A stretch of DNA of 64,000 nucleotides from the NCBI GenBank assembly GCA_043826565.1, contig JBDRPX010000006.1, positions 14,456-78,455 on the forward strand, given 5' to 3'. Under the pieces are notes generated by a model. The model had not been told where the DNA came from and searched no databases. It saw only the letters and a list, made by a program, of their open reading frames with translations. The stretch is from Candidatus Omnitrophota bacterium. Its GTDB lineage: Bacteria > Omnitrophota > Gorgyraeia > B26-G9. This document shows positions 9,282-17,847 of this stretch, in pieces. Each line of letters starts with the position of its first letter. Position 1 is the stretch's first letter. The translations under genes and the position numbers were made by a program.

Positions 9282-10322
9282 CTATTCCCTCAAAGCCAGC
9301 CCGACCGAAACAGAAAGTAACGGCCCGATTTCTTTAAGCCGTTCTTTGGATATCGCCTCACTACACGGCATCATTTGCGTAGGATCCCAAATCTCAACGT
9401 CTACCCCCAAAATACCGCTTAAGACTTTATCTATTCCTTTAAATTTTGCCGAGCCACCGGTTAAATATATTTTTTTCACAGAACCGCCCAGCTGGCTTTC
9501 GCAATAGTTAAAAGACAGATGAATCTCTCCGCATATCGAATCCAATACCGGGCTTATTATATTAATCAACTCCCCATAGCGTTCCTGCGGATTTCTTTTA
9601 AGCTCTTCGGCCTCAACAGTACTGATTTCAAATCCTTCAGTTATCGCCTTAGTTAAATCATTCCCGCCTAAAGGCACATCACGGTTGAAATAAGGTATAT
9701 TATCACGCAGAATAGTGGTACTGGTAATATCCGCGCCCACATCTAAAACTGCAACAATTCCTTCGTTTCCTTTTTCTCCTAACTGGAAAGAGTTGATTAT
9801 TGAAAACGAATCCACATCGATTACGTTCGGGATTAGCCCCGCCTCTCTAAGGATTCCGGTTCTTTCGTCAATAAGCTCTTTCTTTACCGCAACCAGCAAT
9901 ACCCGCATAAATTTATCTTGCGGCTTACCTTGATCTAAAATCTGGAAATCATAATTCACATCTTCGACATTAAATGGTATATATTTAGCAGCCTGAAATG
10001 CCATTGCTTTACTTAATTCTTCTTTAGTCATCTTAGGCATTTGCACATACCGGACAATCACCGCCTGTCCGGAAACAGACGTATTAACCAAAGTCGTGGT
10101 AATATTAGCGCGCGCAAAAGCATCCCGGATCGCTTTGACAATATCTTCCCGCTTATCACCCTTAAAAGGCTGAATCGCAAAATTAACCAGTTCTTTCTGC
10201 TTAGAACCGTCCATTTTTTGCACCTGCACAACTTTGACACTTGAACTGCCGATATCCAGCCCTACAGCTACTTCTTTCTTACTTGGTATTATTTTCGCTA
10301 ATATATCTTTAATTATTTTCAT
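9282..10322 (-). CDS. pilM: Type IV pilus assembly protein PilM (actin-like)
   Basis: VGLDIGSSSVKVV, LDVGA, LTGGSA, VGLALR. Confidence 0.93.
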   Translation of the reverse strand: MKIIKDILAKIIPSKKEVAVGLDIGSSSVKVVQVQKMDGSKQKELVNFAIQPFKGDKREDIVKAIRDAFARANITTTLVNTSVSGQAVIVRYVQMPKMTKEELSKAMAFQAAKYIPFNVEDVNYDFQILDQGKPQDKFMRVLLVAVKKELIDERTGILREAGLIPNVIDVDSFSIINSFQLGEKGNEGIVAVLDVGADITSTTILRDNIPYFNRDVPLGGNDLTKAITEGFEISTVEAEELKRNPQERYGELINIISPVLDSICGEIHLSFNYCESQLGGSVKKIYLTGGSAKFKGIDKVLSGILGVDVEIWDPTQMMPCSEAISKERLKEIGPLLSVSVGLALRE

Positions 10323-10344
10323 GATTTAAGGTTAGATTAAATTA

Positions 10345-10354
10345 CCCCCCCCCC
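10345..10354 (-). repeat. G10 homopolymer tract in the pilM 5' leader
   Basis: Ten consecutive C on the + strand, ending 22 nt upstream of the pilM ATG. Confidence 0.9.
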
Positions 10355-10397
10355 TAGCGCCCTAATAATCGCGGCACCCTTCTTAAGTAGTGTATTT

Positions 10398-10426
10398 AAT
10401 TTAACATAGATTAGAAAAGTATTCAA
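10398..10426 (-). promoter_or_regulatory. Putative sigma70 promoter of the pilMNOPQ operon
   Basis: TTGAAT-17 nt-TAAATT with TG extended -10 on the minus strand. Confidence 0.45.
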
Positions 10427-10546
10427 GAAAATTCAGCAGCTTTAGTCCCTTTCCGCGGGCTAAAAGAAAAAATGTGCAGGTTTTCTTCATCTTTTAACCC
10501 TTAAGAATTAAAAAAAGAGGAAAGATATTAGAATCTTAACCTAGGG

Positions 10547-11020
10547 TTAACGGAATTTCCAGGAAATGCTTTTATCCTCTCCGGAATAAACTGCTGAACC
10601 ATAAGTCAGCAAAGAACCTTCTCCGGAATCCCGGGAAGCATCAATATTAATTGATTCCAATTCCGGATATTCTTCGGAGAGCCCCAACACCATATCCATT
10701 GCCAGCATTTTCACTTCCAGTTCTGTTCTGGGCCTAAACTTAAGGTCTAAGGTAAATATTAGAAATTTCTCTCCAAAACGAATATTCTTGATTTCAAAAT
10801 CACGCTGTTCGGTACGATATCCGGAAATAAATTCCATCAAGTACAAATAACTATGCTGTTGGGGGCCGATTTCGGGTTTGGGCATCGTAGAAGAGACCTT
10901 AAACATAACAACAACAAAAAAGTAAAGCAGGAAAACCAGGAATATAGCCAGAAATCTTTTTGAGTTTTTCCCAAAAAGAGTATTCAGTCTGGTTAATAAT
11001 GGATTATTATTGCCATTCAT
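10547..11020 (-). CDS. Hypothetical single-pass membrane protein
   Basis: 157 aa, one hydrophobic N-terminal helix; overlaps the rsmE stop; no recognised motif. Confidence 0.7.
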   Translation of the reverse strand: MNGNNNPLLTRLNTLFGKNSKRFLAIFLVFLLYFFVVVMFKVSSTMPKPEIGPQQHSYLYLMEFISGYRTEQRDFEIKNIRFGEKFLIFTLDLKFRPRTELEVKMLAMDMVLGLSEEYPELESINIDASRDSGEGSLLTYGSAVYSGEDKSISWKFR

Positions 11021-11738
11021 AATTTAAAATAGATAATATCGCGCTAACCGCCGTATCGCACCTTAAAACAAAATTACCCAAAGAAATATTAAAACATCCT
11101 TTTTGTACAGCTGCCTCAATTTCCTGAACACTAAAATCACCTTCGGGGCCAATAAAAACAATGACCGATTTTGGTTTTTTCCCCTTAACAATATCTTTCA
11201 ATAATACCGCACCTTTTTGGCAAGAGCCGATAAGTGCCAGCGAAAAACCGTCAATGTCGTTAATCACATTTTTAAATTCGCAAACCCGGGTAATTTCCGG
11301 GACATAACCGCTCCCGCATTGTTTTGCCGCGGTAACCGCGATTCTTTGCCACCTAACCACTTTTTTTTCCTGATTATCCGATTTTATTTTAACTACTGTA
11401 TTCTCCGTAATCATCGGAATAACTTTTTCCACTCCCAACTGTGCGGCCTTATCGACAATCTCATCAAACCTTGCCTTCTTCGGAATAGCTAATGCCAGGA
11501 CAATGCTAACTCTGCTGCGGCCTAACGACACAGTCTTGTTTATGTTTATAATTCCCCCGTTCTTATCGCAGGAACTCACGATACCCCAGTATTGATTACC
11601 TGTCCCGTCAAAAACAATGACCTCATCATTAATTTTTGCTCTTAAGACCAGAAAGGCATGTTTAGCTTCCGATCCGGAAATCTTAATTTTATCGCCGGAT
11701 ATATTTTCCGGCGGCACATAAAATCTATGCACTGACAT
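11007..11738 (-). CDS. rsmE: 16S rRNA m3U1498 methyltransferase
   Basis: HRFY start, KAAQLGV, AAKQCG, FIGPEGDFS, SLG..VLRCDTA. Confidence 0.93.
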   Translation of the reverse strand: MSVHRFYVPPENISGDKIKISGSEAKHAFLVLRAKINDEVIVFDGTGNQYWGIVSSCDKNGGIININKTVSLGRSRVSIVLALAIPKKARFDEIVDKAAQLGVEKVIPMITENTVVKIKSDNQEKKVVRWQRIAVTAAKQCGSGYVPEITRVCEFKNVINDIDGFSLALIGSCQKGAVLLKDIVKGKKPKSVIVFIGPEGDFSVQEIEAAVQKGCFNISLGNFVLRCDTAVSAILSILNYEWQ

Positions 11739-11766
11739 CTATTTCTATACCTCTTATCTATCTACC

Positions 11767-12180
11767 TTAAGGCCACACATGCCCGGATAACTGTCTTTGA
11801 TTGGGACAGACTACCTCATCAGGATTGCCGGAAATTAAAGAATATTTAAGGGGGAATGGTTTATTTTTTTCCGCCGGACATATCGGCTCTTTTAAAAGAT
11901 ACCCCCATTTAACCAGATCCGACGTCGAATATTCTTCCCAGACTATTTGCTTATTTTCTTTAATCTCATAAGTCGCCATCGCCGCCGCGATTCTTCTTAT
12001 ATTAGCACGACAAATTTTATCGTCTGCAGTAATCCCGGGAATGGAAAATCTGGACATAATTAATATTGCCAATATCAAGCTCAAGACAACTAAAACAAAC
12101 AACTCTTTAATAAAGCTGCCCCCACTATCTAAAAAGCTAGACTTACCACGATCATATTTACTCTGTATCTTTTTCAACAT
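11767..12180 (-). CDS. Pilin/pseudopilin-like protein
   Basis: Basic leader, G|SFIKEL followed by a hydrophobic helix (Glu at +5), then C..NI..I..A...Y and GYL..P.CP...V.C...H pattern seen in pilin-like proteins. Confidence 0.6.
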   Translation of the reverse strand: MLKKIQSKYDRGKSSFLDSGGSFIKELFVLVVLSLILAILIMSRFSIPGITADDKICRANIRRIAAAMATYEIKENKQIVWEEYSTSDLVKWGYLLKEPICPAEKNKPFPLKYSLISGNPDEVVCPNQRQLSGHVWP

Positions 12181-12189
12181 CTACGTAAG

Positions 12190-12801
12190 CTAAAAGTCAC
12201 TCTTCTCAACTTTGTACTGCATGATCAATGCTTTTAATTCACCGATTAAATCATTCAGCCGGCGAATTATCGTTAATGCCTCTGTTTCATTAATCTTCTT
12301 ATCTTTAAGATCAATATACAACCTGTCTGTTAACTGCGAAAGTTCCGCAATCAAGTGACGGTCTTTAGACACTAAAACCTGCATATTCTCAATTACCGAA
12401 TTAAATGCCGTCCCCAGATTTTTCAATTCATCATCTTTCCTTAAACGCAAATAATTAGTCAGATCTCCTTTAGCCATTTTATTCGCTACTTGCTCTAAGC
12501 GATAAACCGGGCCGGCCACCTTATGAGACACAAAAACACTGGCAAACGCCGCAATTATTAAAGCAATCGGGATTTCAAATAATAAAATCATATTAATTTT
12601 CTGAAAGACTTCCGGCAAAGCTTCTTTTCCCGGCACTGAGGCAAGTTGTTTCGTCAACAATGACCAATGAGTAAAATATACTGTTAAAACAATAGCTCCG
12701 GTAACCGCAATTATCGTAAAAAGCACCATGAGCATATACTTAAACTGCAATTTTTTTTGAATTAAAAACCTTCGCCTTGTAAAAAGAGCTCTCCGAACCA
12801 T
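12190..12801 (-). CDS. Two-TM HAMP-domain protein
   Basis: Two TM helices, then SHKVAGPVYRL...GDL...LRKDDEL..L..AFN HAMP pattern. ATG at 12801 follows a GGGAGG RBS. Confidence 0.8.
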   Translation of the reverse strand: MVRRALFTRRRFLIQKKLQFKYMLMVLFTIIAVTGAIVLTVYFTHWSLLTKQLASVPGKEALPEVFQKINMILLFEIPIALIIAAFASVFVSHKVAGPVYRLEQVANKMAKGDLTNYLRLRKDDELKNLGTAFNSVIENMQVLVSKDRHLIAELSQLTDRLYIDLKDKKINETEALTIIRRLNDLIGELKALIMQYKVEKSDF

Positions 12802-12897
12802 CACTAACCTCCCTTTTATACTCAAATTACATTAACTGAAAATTAGCTATATTAAAAAATATATTCATATCTTATTGATAAATATACAGTTGCAAAT

Positions 12898-12926
12898 ATA
12901 TTACCATAAGCTTTACTTTTTGTCAA
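12898..12926 (-). promoter_or_regulatory. Putative sigma70 promoter for the HAMP-pilin-rsmE unit
   Basis: TTGACA-17 nt-TAATAT with TG extended -10. Confidence 0.6.
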
Positions 12927-12967
12927 CATAACTTCCCGCAAACCCCGGAACCACGATTTAACATTAA

Positions 12968-13939
12968 TTATCGCACAGCTTCATTATACTTTTTAAATTC
13001 ACCGGAAAACAGATACACAAATCCACCAATCAAACTTGCAATCATCATCTGGGAAAAAAACAAGATCGATAGCGCAAATGCCCGTTCCGGACCGATAAGG
13101 TCTTTTAAGAAAAACACAAATGCCCCCTCCCGCACACCTAATCCATTTATAGAAGGCAAACAACCGAACACAGCAATTATGGGGGTCAAAATTAAAAATA
13201 AATAAAACGGCAATTCTACAGACATACTCATCGACAAAATATAAGTTGCTCCGGCCAATAACACCCAGCTCACAATTCCCAATACGAAAGCAAGAAATAA
13301 ATACCGAGAACTCCGAAATAATACTACCATGCCGTAAATTTTATTTAATTTACGTTCAAATGCAAAAAATTTCAGGTGTTTTAAACACAAACTAAGTTTT
13401 TTGGCAAAGCTATCAAAGTAACATAAGAACATCCCGGCCATCAATACGGAAAAAATTCCGAAAATTATCCAATCCGCTGCCGGATGTTTTATATATTTTC
13501 TTCCGGCGGTCAGAGTTATCATCGCCAAAAAAACCATTGCCGCCATTCCCACTACCCGGTCAATAAACACCGAAGCCACCGGTTTTAGCATGCCGGTAGA
13601 CCGCTTTTTTGCATAATACATCTTAATAACATCGCCGCCGAATGAAGTCGGCATAAAGGAATTAAAAAAAGACCCGATATAAACAAGCTTAATCACTTCA
13701 ATTATCCGAAAATGAATATTATTAACCTTAAATAATAAATTAAGCCGCAGGCCCGATAAACTGTAAATAACCAGATTTAAAGTTAAAGACACCAGAAATA
13801 ATGCTAAGTTTACCTCCCGCATTATATTTAAAATCTCATCTATCTTACTGCGCATCATATAAAATAATGCACCAAAAAGAACCAAACTAATGATAATTCT
13901 AATAATTAAAAAAATCACTTTATTTTTATTTTTTTTCAT
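12968..13939 (-). CDS. Lysylphosphatidylglycerol synthase TM domain / UPF0104 flippase-like membrane protein
   Basis: FFNSFMPTSFGGDVIK, SVFIDRVVG, LPSINGLGVRE motifs; multiple TM helices. Confidence 0.85.
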   Translation of the reverse strand: MKKNKNKVIFLIIRIIISLVLFGALFYMMRSKIDEILNIMREVNLALFLVSLTLNLVIYSLSGLRLNLLFKVNNIHFRIIEVIKLVYIGSFFNSFMPTSFGGDVIKMYYAKKRSTGMLKPVASVFIDRVVGMAAMVFLAMITLTAGRKYIKHPAADWIIFGIFSVLMAGMFLCYFDSFAKKLSLCLKHLKFFAFERKLNKIYGMVVLFRSSRYLFLAFVLGIVSWVLLAGATYILSMSMSVELPFYLFLILTPIIAVFGCLPSINGLGVREGAFVFFLKDLIGPERAFALSILFFSQMMIASLIGGFVYLFSGEFKKYNEAVR

Positions 13940-14098
13940 TTCTTTCCAATCTTTATGATGATTGTTAAAATTATATCATAGCATTATCCAAAGTTATAGA
14001 AAAAACCTCATATAAAAAATACTAAATGCCCCAAAACACCCGGAAATAGATCATTATATTAATATATATAATATAATAGTACAGCGTGATAAAATTTC

Positions 14099-14127
14099 TT
14101 GAAAAACATAGCCTATTATACTACAAT
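14099..14127 (+). promoter_or_regulatory. Putative sigma70 promoter driving a short non-coding transcript
   Basis: TTGAAA(14099-14104)-17 nt-TACAAT(14122-14127). Confidence 0.6.
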
Positions 14128-14134
14128 ATAATCT

Positions 14135-14260
14135 AGGAAATTTAATTTTACAAGACACTAACAACTATCTTTCAGTAACCAGAGTTTTAGGGGATAAGGA
14201 CGAAGCTAGGCAGCATTAGATTAGCCAGGGGGAAAGGGCATCATAAAGATGCCCTTTTTT
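14135..14260 (+). ncRNA. Candidate ~125-nt small RNA
   Basis: Bounded by a consensus promoter and a strong intrinsic terminator; no ATG-started ORF before the terminator; thpR downstream has its own promoter. Confidence 0.45.
14233..14260 (+). terminator. Intrinsic terminator
   Basis: AAAGGGCATC-ATAAA-GATGCCCTTT perfect stem ending in a T6 run. Confidence 0.8.
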
Positions 14261-14267
14261 CTTAGCC

Positions 14268-14296
14268 TTGCCTACCCCTCATACTATTGCTATAAT
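14268..14296 (+). promoter_or_regulatory. Putative sigma70 promoter of thpR (probably leaderless mRNA)
   Basis: TTGCCT-17 nt-TATAAT with TG extended -10, 8 nt before the ATG at 14305. Confidence 0.65.
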
Positions 14297-14304
14297 ACTT
14301 AATC

Positions 14305-14874
14305 ATGGAAGAAAAAATCAGATCATTCATTGCTATTGAAATAAATAATGCCTTTGCTCAGGAATTAAAACGCATTCAGGAGCACTTAAAAAATTCACTA
14401 GACGGAAAGATCAATTGGGTCGAACCGAAAAACATTCACCTTACCCTGAGATTTTTAGATAATATTACCCCAGCCCAAACCGAACAAATCAAGCAAATCA
14501 TTATTAAAATCGCCCGGAAAAACAAAGAGTTTTCTATTAACCCGGGTATTCTTAGTGCCTTCCCTTCCATCTTAAATCCGCAGATACTTTGGGTCGGTAT
14601 AGCTTCCGGATGTAAACAACTGCGGGATATTGCCAAAACCCTTCAGGATGAGCTTGCAAAAATAAACTTTTCTCCCGATGAAAAACCATTTCATCCGCAC
14701 TTAACATTGGGAAGGATAAAATTCACCAAAGATAAAAAAGCATTTGGAAAGATGTCTAAGGAAATAGTCGTGAATAGTTCTCTTGTATCCAGAGTCAACA
14801 GGATTGTGCTTTTTAAAAGCACCTTAACTCCGCAGGGTGCAATATATTCTCCGATTCACACCGTAGAATTCTAA
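14305..14874 (+). CDS. thpR: RNA 2',3'-cyclic phosphodiesterase (2'-5' RNA ligase family)
   Basis: RSFIAI start, two HLTL motifs (NIHLTLRFL, PHLTLGRI), LFKSTL..GAIY C-terminus. Confidence 0.92.
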   Translation: MEEKIRSFIAIEINNAFAQELKRIQEHLKNSLDGKINWVEPKNIHLTLRFLDNITPAQTEQIKQIIIKIARKNKEFSINPGILSAFPSILNPQILWVGIASGCKQLRDIAKTLQDELAKINFSPDEKPFHPHLTLGRIKFTKDKKAFGKMSKEIVVNSSLVSRVNRIVLFKSTLTPQGAIYSPIHTVEF

Positions 14875-14879
14875 TATAT

Positions 14880-15374
14880 TTATTTGAAATAAGAAGCTAT
14901 TGCCTGGGCAATACTTCCGGCAATCACAGGAAGTAAAAACACACTGATCAAGCGAATTAAAGTAAATCTCCAACCCATCATACCCACTTCCATCGGCAGC
15001 CTGGTAACTGCCCATAAAGACCATCCGGTAATAAACGCGACCATTGTCCCGATACTTGCTCCGGAACGCAGCAATCCTGCAGCTATGGGCAAACTGACAT
15101 AAGGCCCTCCCGGCGTTAACCCACCGGCTATAGTACCAAGTAATATACCGCGCATTCCTGCTTCTGTTCCTACTAGTTTTGCCAAAAGTTCCCGCGGCAT
15201 CAACACCTGAACCATTCCGGAAATAATAAAAGCAAATAAAAGTAGGGGAAGAATTTCAATAACCATTTTCAAGGCCGCAGATAACCCGCTGATATGCTCT
15301 TGCTGTCCGCGGCTATAACCAACATAAAGAAGAACTAGCGCAATCACACCCATTATTATTGTGGGGATAAACAT
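14880..15374 (-). CDS. Predicted permease (DUF318-like, half-size)
   Basis: GTIAGGLTPGGPYVSLPIAA and GASIG..VAFITGW motifs. ATG at 15374 follows GGAGG (the track starts at 15428). Confidence 0.75.
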   Translation of the reverse strand: MFIPTIIMGVIALVLLYVGYSRGQQEHISGLSAALKMVIEILPLLLFAFIISGMVQVLMPRELLAKLVGTEAGMRGILLGTIAGGLTPGGPYVSLPIAAGLLRSGASIGTMVAFITGWSLWAVTRLPMEVGMMGWRFTLIRLISVFLLPVIAGSIAQAIASYFK

Positions 15375-15424
15375 ATTTGATTTCCTCCATGGATTCCCCT
15401 GACGGGAATCATGCTCCCTATTTT

Positions 15425-15889
15425 TCATTTGTACCCCATCCGGCTTAAAATAAAAACAACAGTATGCAGAATACTATTTGTATATAGCGCGGCAATAATA
15501 TCATCAAGCATTATCCCCAGGCTTCCTTTTAAATTTTGCGCTTGAGCGGCCGGATACGGCTTAAAGATATCAAAAATTCGAAACAAAACAAAACCTAATA
15601 CTAAATTTAAAAAAGTAAACGGAATAAAAAGATAGCATAAAAGCATCGCAGCTACTTCATCAATAACAATCTTACCGGAGTCTTTTTCTTTAAACACAAC
15701 TTCCGCTTTTCCTGCGGTTAAAAAACCAAGCAGAAAAATCACCAGCATAGTTAAAATATATATCAAAAAATTATCTTTTACTAACAGATAACAAACTACT
15801 CCGCCCAAACTGCCGAAAGTTCCCGGCATCAACGGCAGATAGCCTAAGAAGAAACACGAGGAAATAACCTTAATTAGATTTCGCACCAA
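15425..15889 (-). CDS. pgpA: Phosphatidylglycerophosphatase A
   Basis: PGTFGS, IVIDEVA, FRIFDIFKP, GIMLDDIIAA. Confidence 0.93.
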   Translation of the reverse strand: MVRNLIKVISSCFFLGYLPLMPGTFGSLGGVVCYLLVKDNFLIYILTMLVIFLLGFLTAGKAEVVFKEKDSGKIVIDEVAAMLLCYLFIPFTFLNLVLGFVLFRIFDIFKPYPAAQAQNLKGSLGIMLDDIIAALYTNSILHTVVFILSRMGYK

Positions 15890-16460
15890 GAAAAATCTTT
15901 CTGTTTTCCTTAAGATAGAACAAGCCGGAAATCAAGGTAAAAGCAACAGTGATAAGCATGAAAATATAAATGCTTTTATTAAACCAAAACTCTACCCAAG
16001 GATTCCAAAATGGAAAAACCTCAGCCCCGGCCTCTTTCAAAATAATAAATCCCAGAATAAGGAAAATTGACACGATTTGAGAAATAGTTTTATGCTTACC
16101 AGCCTTGGCCGCAGCCAAAACTTTCCCCTTATTTGCCGCCAAAATACGCATACCGGTAATCAGCAATTCACGCATGATAATAACCACCACTATCCAGGCC
16201 GGGATTATCCCCATTTCCACAAAAGCCAAAAAAGCTCCTAAAACCAGGATTTTATCGGCAATCGGATCAAGTAATTTCCCCAGGTCGGTAATCAGATTAT
16301 ACTTGCGGGCGATATATCCATCATAAAAATCAGTGATTGACGCTATGGTAAAAGCAACAAATGCTAAAATTTTAGCCGGCAAACCTTCATGAAAAAGCAA
16401 AATCATAAACACAAATGTCAGGATGATCCGCAGTATTGTTAATCTATTCGGTAAATTCAT
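15870..16460 (-). CDS. pgsA: CDP-diacylglycerol--glycerol-3-phosphate 3-phosphatidyltransferase
   Basis: MNLPNRLTILR, TDFYDGYIAR...GKLLDPIADK CDP-alcohol motif, GKHKT. Confidence 0.95.
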   Translation of the reverse strand: MNLPNRLTILRIILTFVFMILLFHEGLPAKILAFVAFTIASITDFYDGYIARKYNLITDLGKLLDPIADKILVLGAFLAFVEMGIIPAWIVVVIIMRELLITGMRILAANKGKVLAAAKAGKHKTISQIVSIFLILGFIILKEAGAEVFPFWNPWVEFWFNKSIYIFMLITVAFTLISGLFYLKENRKIFLGAKSN

Positions 16461-17773
16461 ATCTTTTTTCCTATCAAATCATAGACGAAACTATCAGTTA
16501 TTTTCACTTTAATCAGCTTCCCCTGTTTAAGTCCGCTGCCCTTTATAAAAACCAGGCCATCAACTTCCGGAGCATCTGCCTGCGTACGGCCCAAAACAGT
16601 ATCTTCATCCTGAGTTCCATCGATTAAAACATCTTTTACTGTTCCGATTAACGCGGTATTTTTTTTAGCAATAATCCGCTGCTGCAAACGCATAATTTTT
16701 TTCACTCTTTGTTTCTTAATGCGCTCGGGAACCTGGTCTTTCATTTTTGCCGCTTGAGTATTTTCCTCACGTGAATACGCAAACACTCCCAGACGGTCAA
16801 ATTCAGTTTGCCGAACGAACTCATAAAGCTCCTTAAACACAGCTTCTGTTTCGCCTGGGAACCCCACAATAAGCGAAGTCCGCAGCGTTACCCCGGGAAT
16901 TTTCTCTCGTAATTTTTTTATGATTCTCTTTATTTTGGCTGACGAAACCTTACGCTTCATTGACTTTAATATTTTATCATTTATATGCTGAATGGGCAAA
17001 TCCACATATTTGCATATTTTAGATTCCCGGGCGATAATGTCAATTAAAGAATCGGTATAATGACGCGGATGCGTGTATAATATCCGGATCCAGGTTAAGT
17101 TCTTAAATTCCACTAAACGCTTTAAAAGTTTATCCAAAGATGGTTTTCCATAAAGATCCGCACCGTAAAAAGTTGTGTCCTGACTGATAAGATTTATCTC
17201 CTTACCACCCTTATCTACGATCATTTTTACTTCTTTAACAATAGATTCAATTGTCCGGGAATGATGACTGCCCCTGATTTGAGGAATAACACAATAACTG
17301 CACCGGTTATCGCATCCGTCGGCAATCTTTACATAAGCATAATGTTTGGGAGTTAAAAATTTTCGCGATTGGATCCGGTCACTTAAAAAATGCGGTTTGG
17401 CAGTCAGAAAAGGCCGTTTCCCTTTAAAGGAAAGCTTAATTATATCGGCAATTTTATTAATACTGCCCGGCCCTAAAAAAGCATCCGCTTCCTGTAAAAG
17501 CTCCCGCAACTCATTCTTGTATCTCTGCGGCAAACACCCGGCAACAATAAGTCTTTTTAAACGCCCTTTTTGTTTTAACTTTGCTACTTCCAGTATGGTA
17601 TTTATAGCTTCTTTTTTTGCGTCTTGAATAAAAGCACAGGTATTGACCACCGCAATATCCGCACACTCCGCGTCTTCGGTGATGGAAAAACCGGATTTTT
17701 TTAAAACCCCCAGCATTACTTCCGCATCAACCAGATTTTTTGAACAGCCTAAACTTATCAGTGCTACTTTCAT
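16457..17773 (-). CDS. rimO: Ribosomal protein S12 methylthiotransferase
   Basis: SLGCSKNLVDAE, NTCAFI, CDNRCSYC radical SAM motif, DAPEVDG TRAM domain. Confidence 0.95.
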   Translation of the reverse strand: MKVALISLGCSKNLVDAEVMLGVLKKSGFSITEDAECADIAVVNTCAFIQDAKKEAINTILEVAKLKQKGRLKRLIVAGCLPQRYKNELRELLQEADAFLGPGSINKIADIIKLSFKGKRPFLTAKPHFLSDRIQSRKFLTPKHYAYVKIADGCDNRCSYCVIPQIRGSHHSRTIESIVKEVKMIVDKGGKEINLISQDTTFYGADLYGKPSLDKLLKRLVEFKNLTWIRILYTHPRHYTDSLIDIIARESKICKYVDLPIQHINDKILKSMKRKVSSAKIKRIIKKLREKIPGVTLRTSLIVGFPGETEAVFKELYEFVRQTEFDRLGVFAYSREENTQAAKMKDQVPERIKKQRVKKIMRLQQRIIAKKNTALIGTVKDVLIDGTQDEDTVLGRTQADAPEVDGLVFIKGSGLKQGKLIKVKITDSFVYDLIGKKI

Positions 17774-17784
17774 AGTAATTCCTT

Positions 17785-17820
17785 AAAAAATAAAAAAACG
17801 CCGGACTCATTTGCCCAACG
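17785..17820 (-). terminator. Possible intrinsic terminator after ftsK
   Basis: Minus strand CGTTGGGC-AAATGA-GTCCGGCG (three G-U pairs) followed by TTTTTTTATTTTTT. Confidence 0.5.
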
Positions 17821-17847
17821 AATTTTTTCATAATATTATTTACCTGA

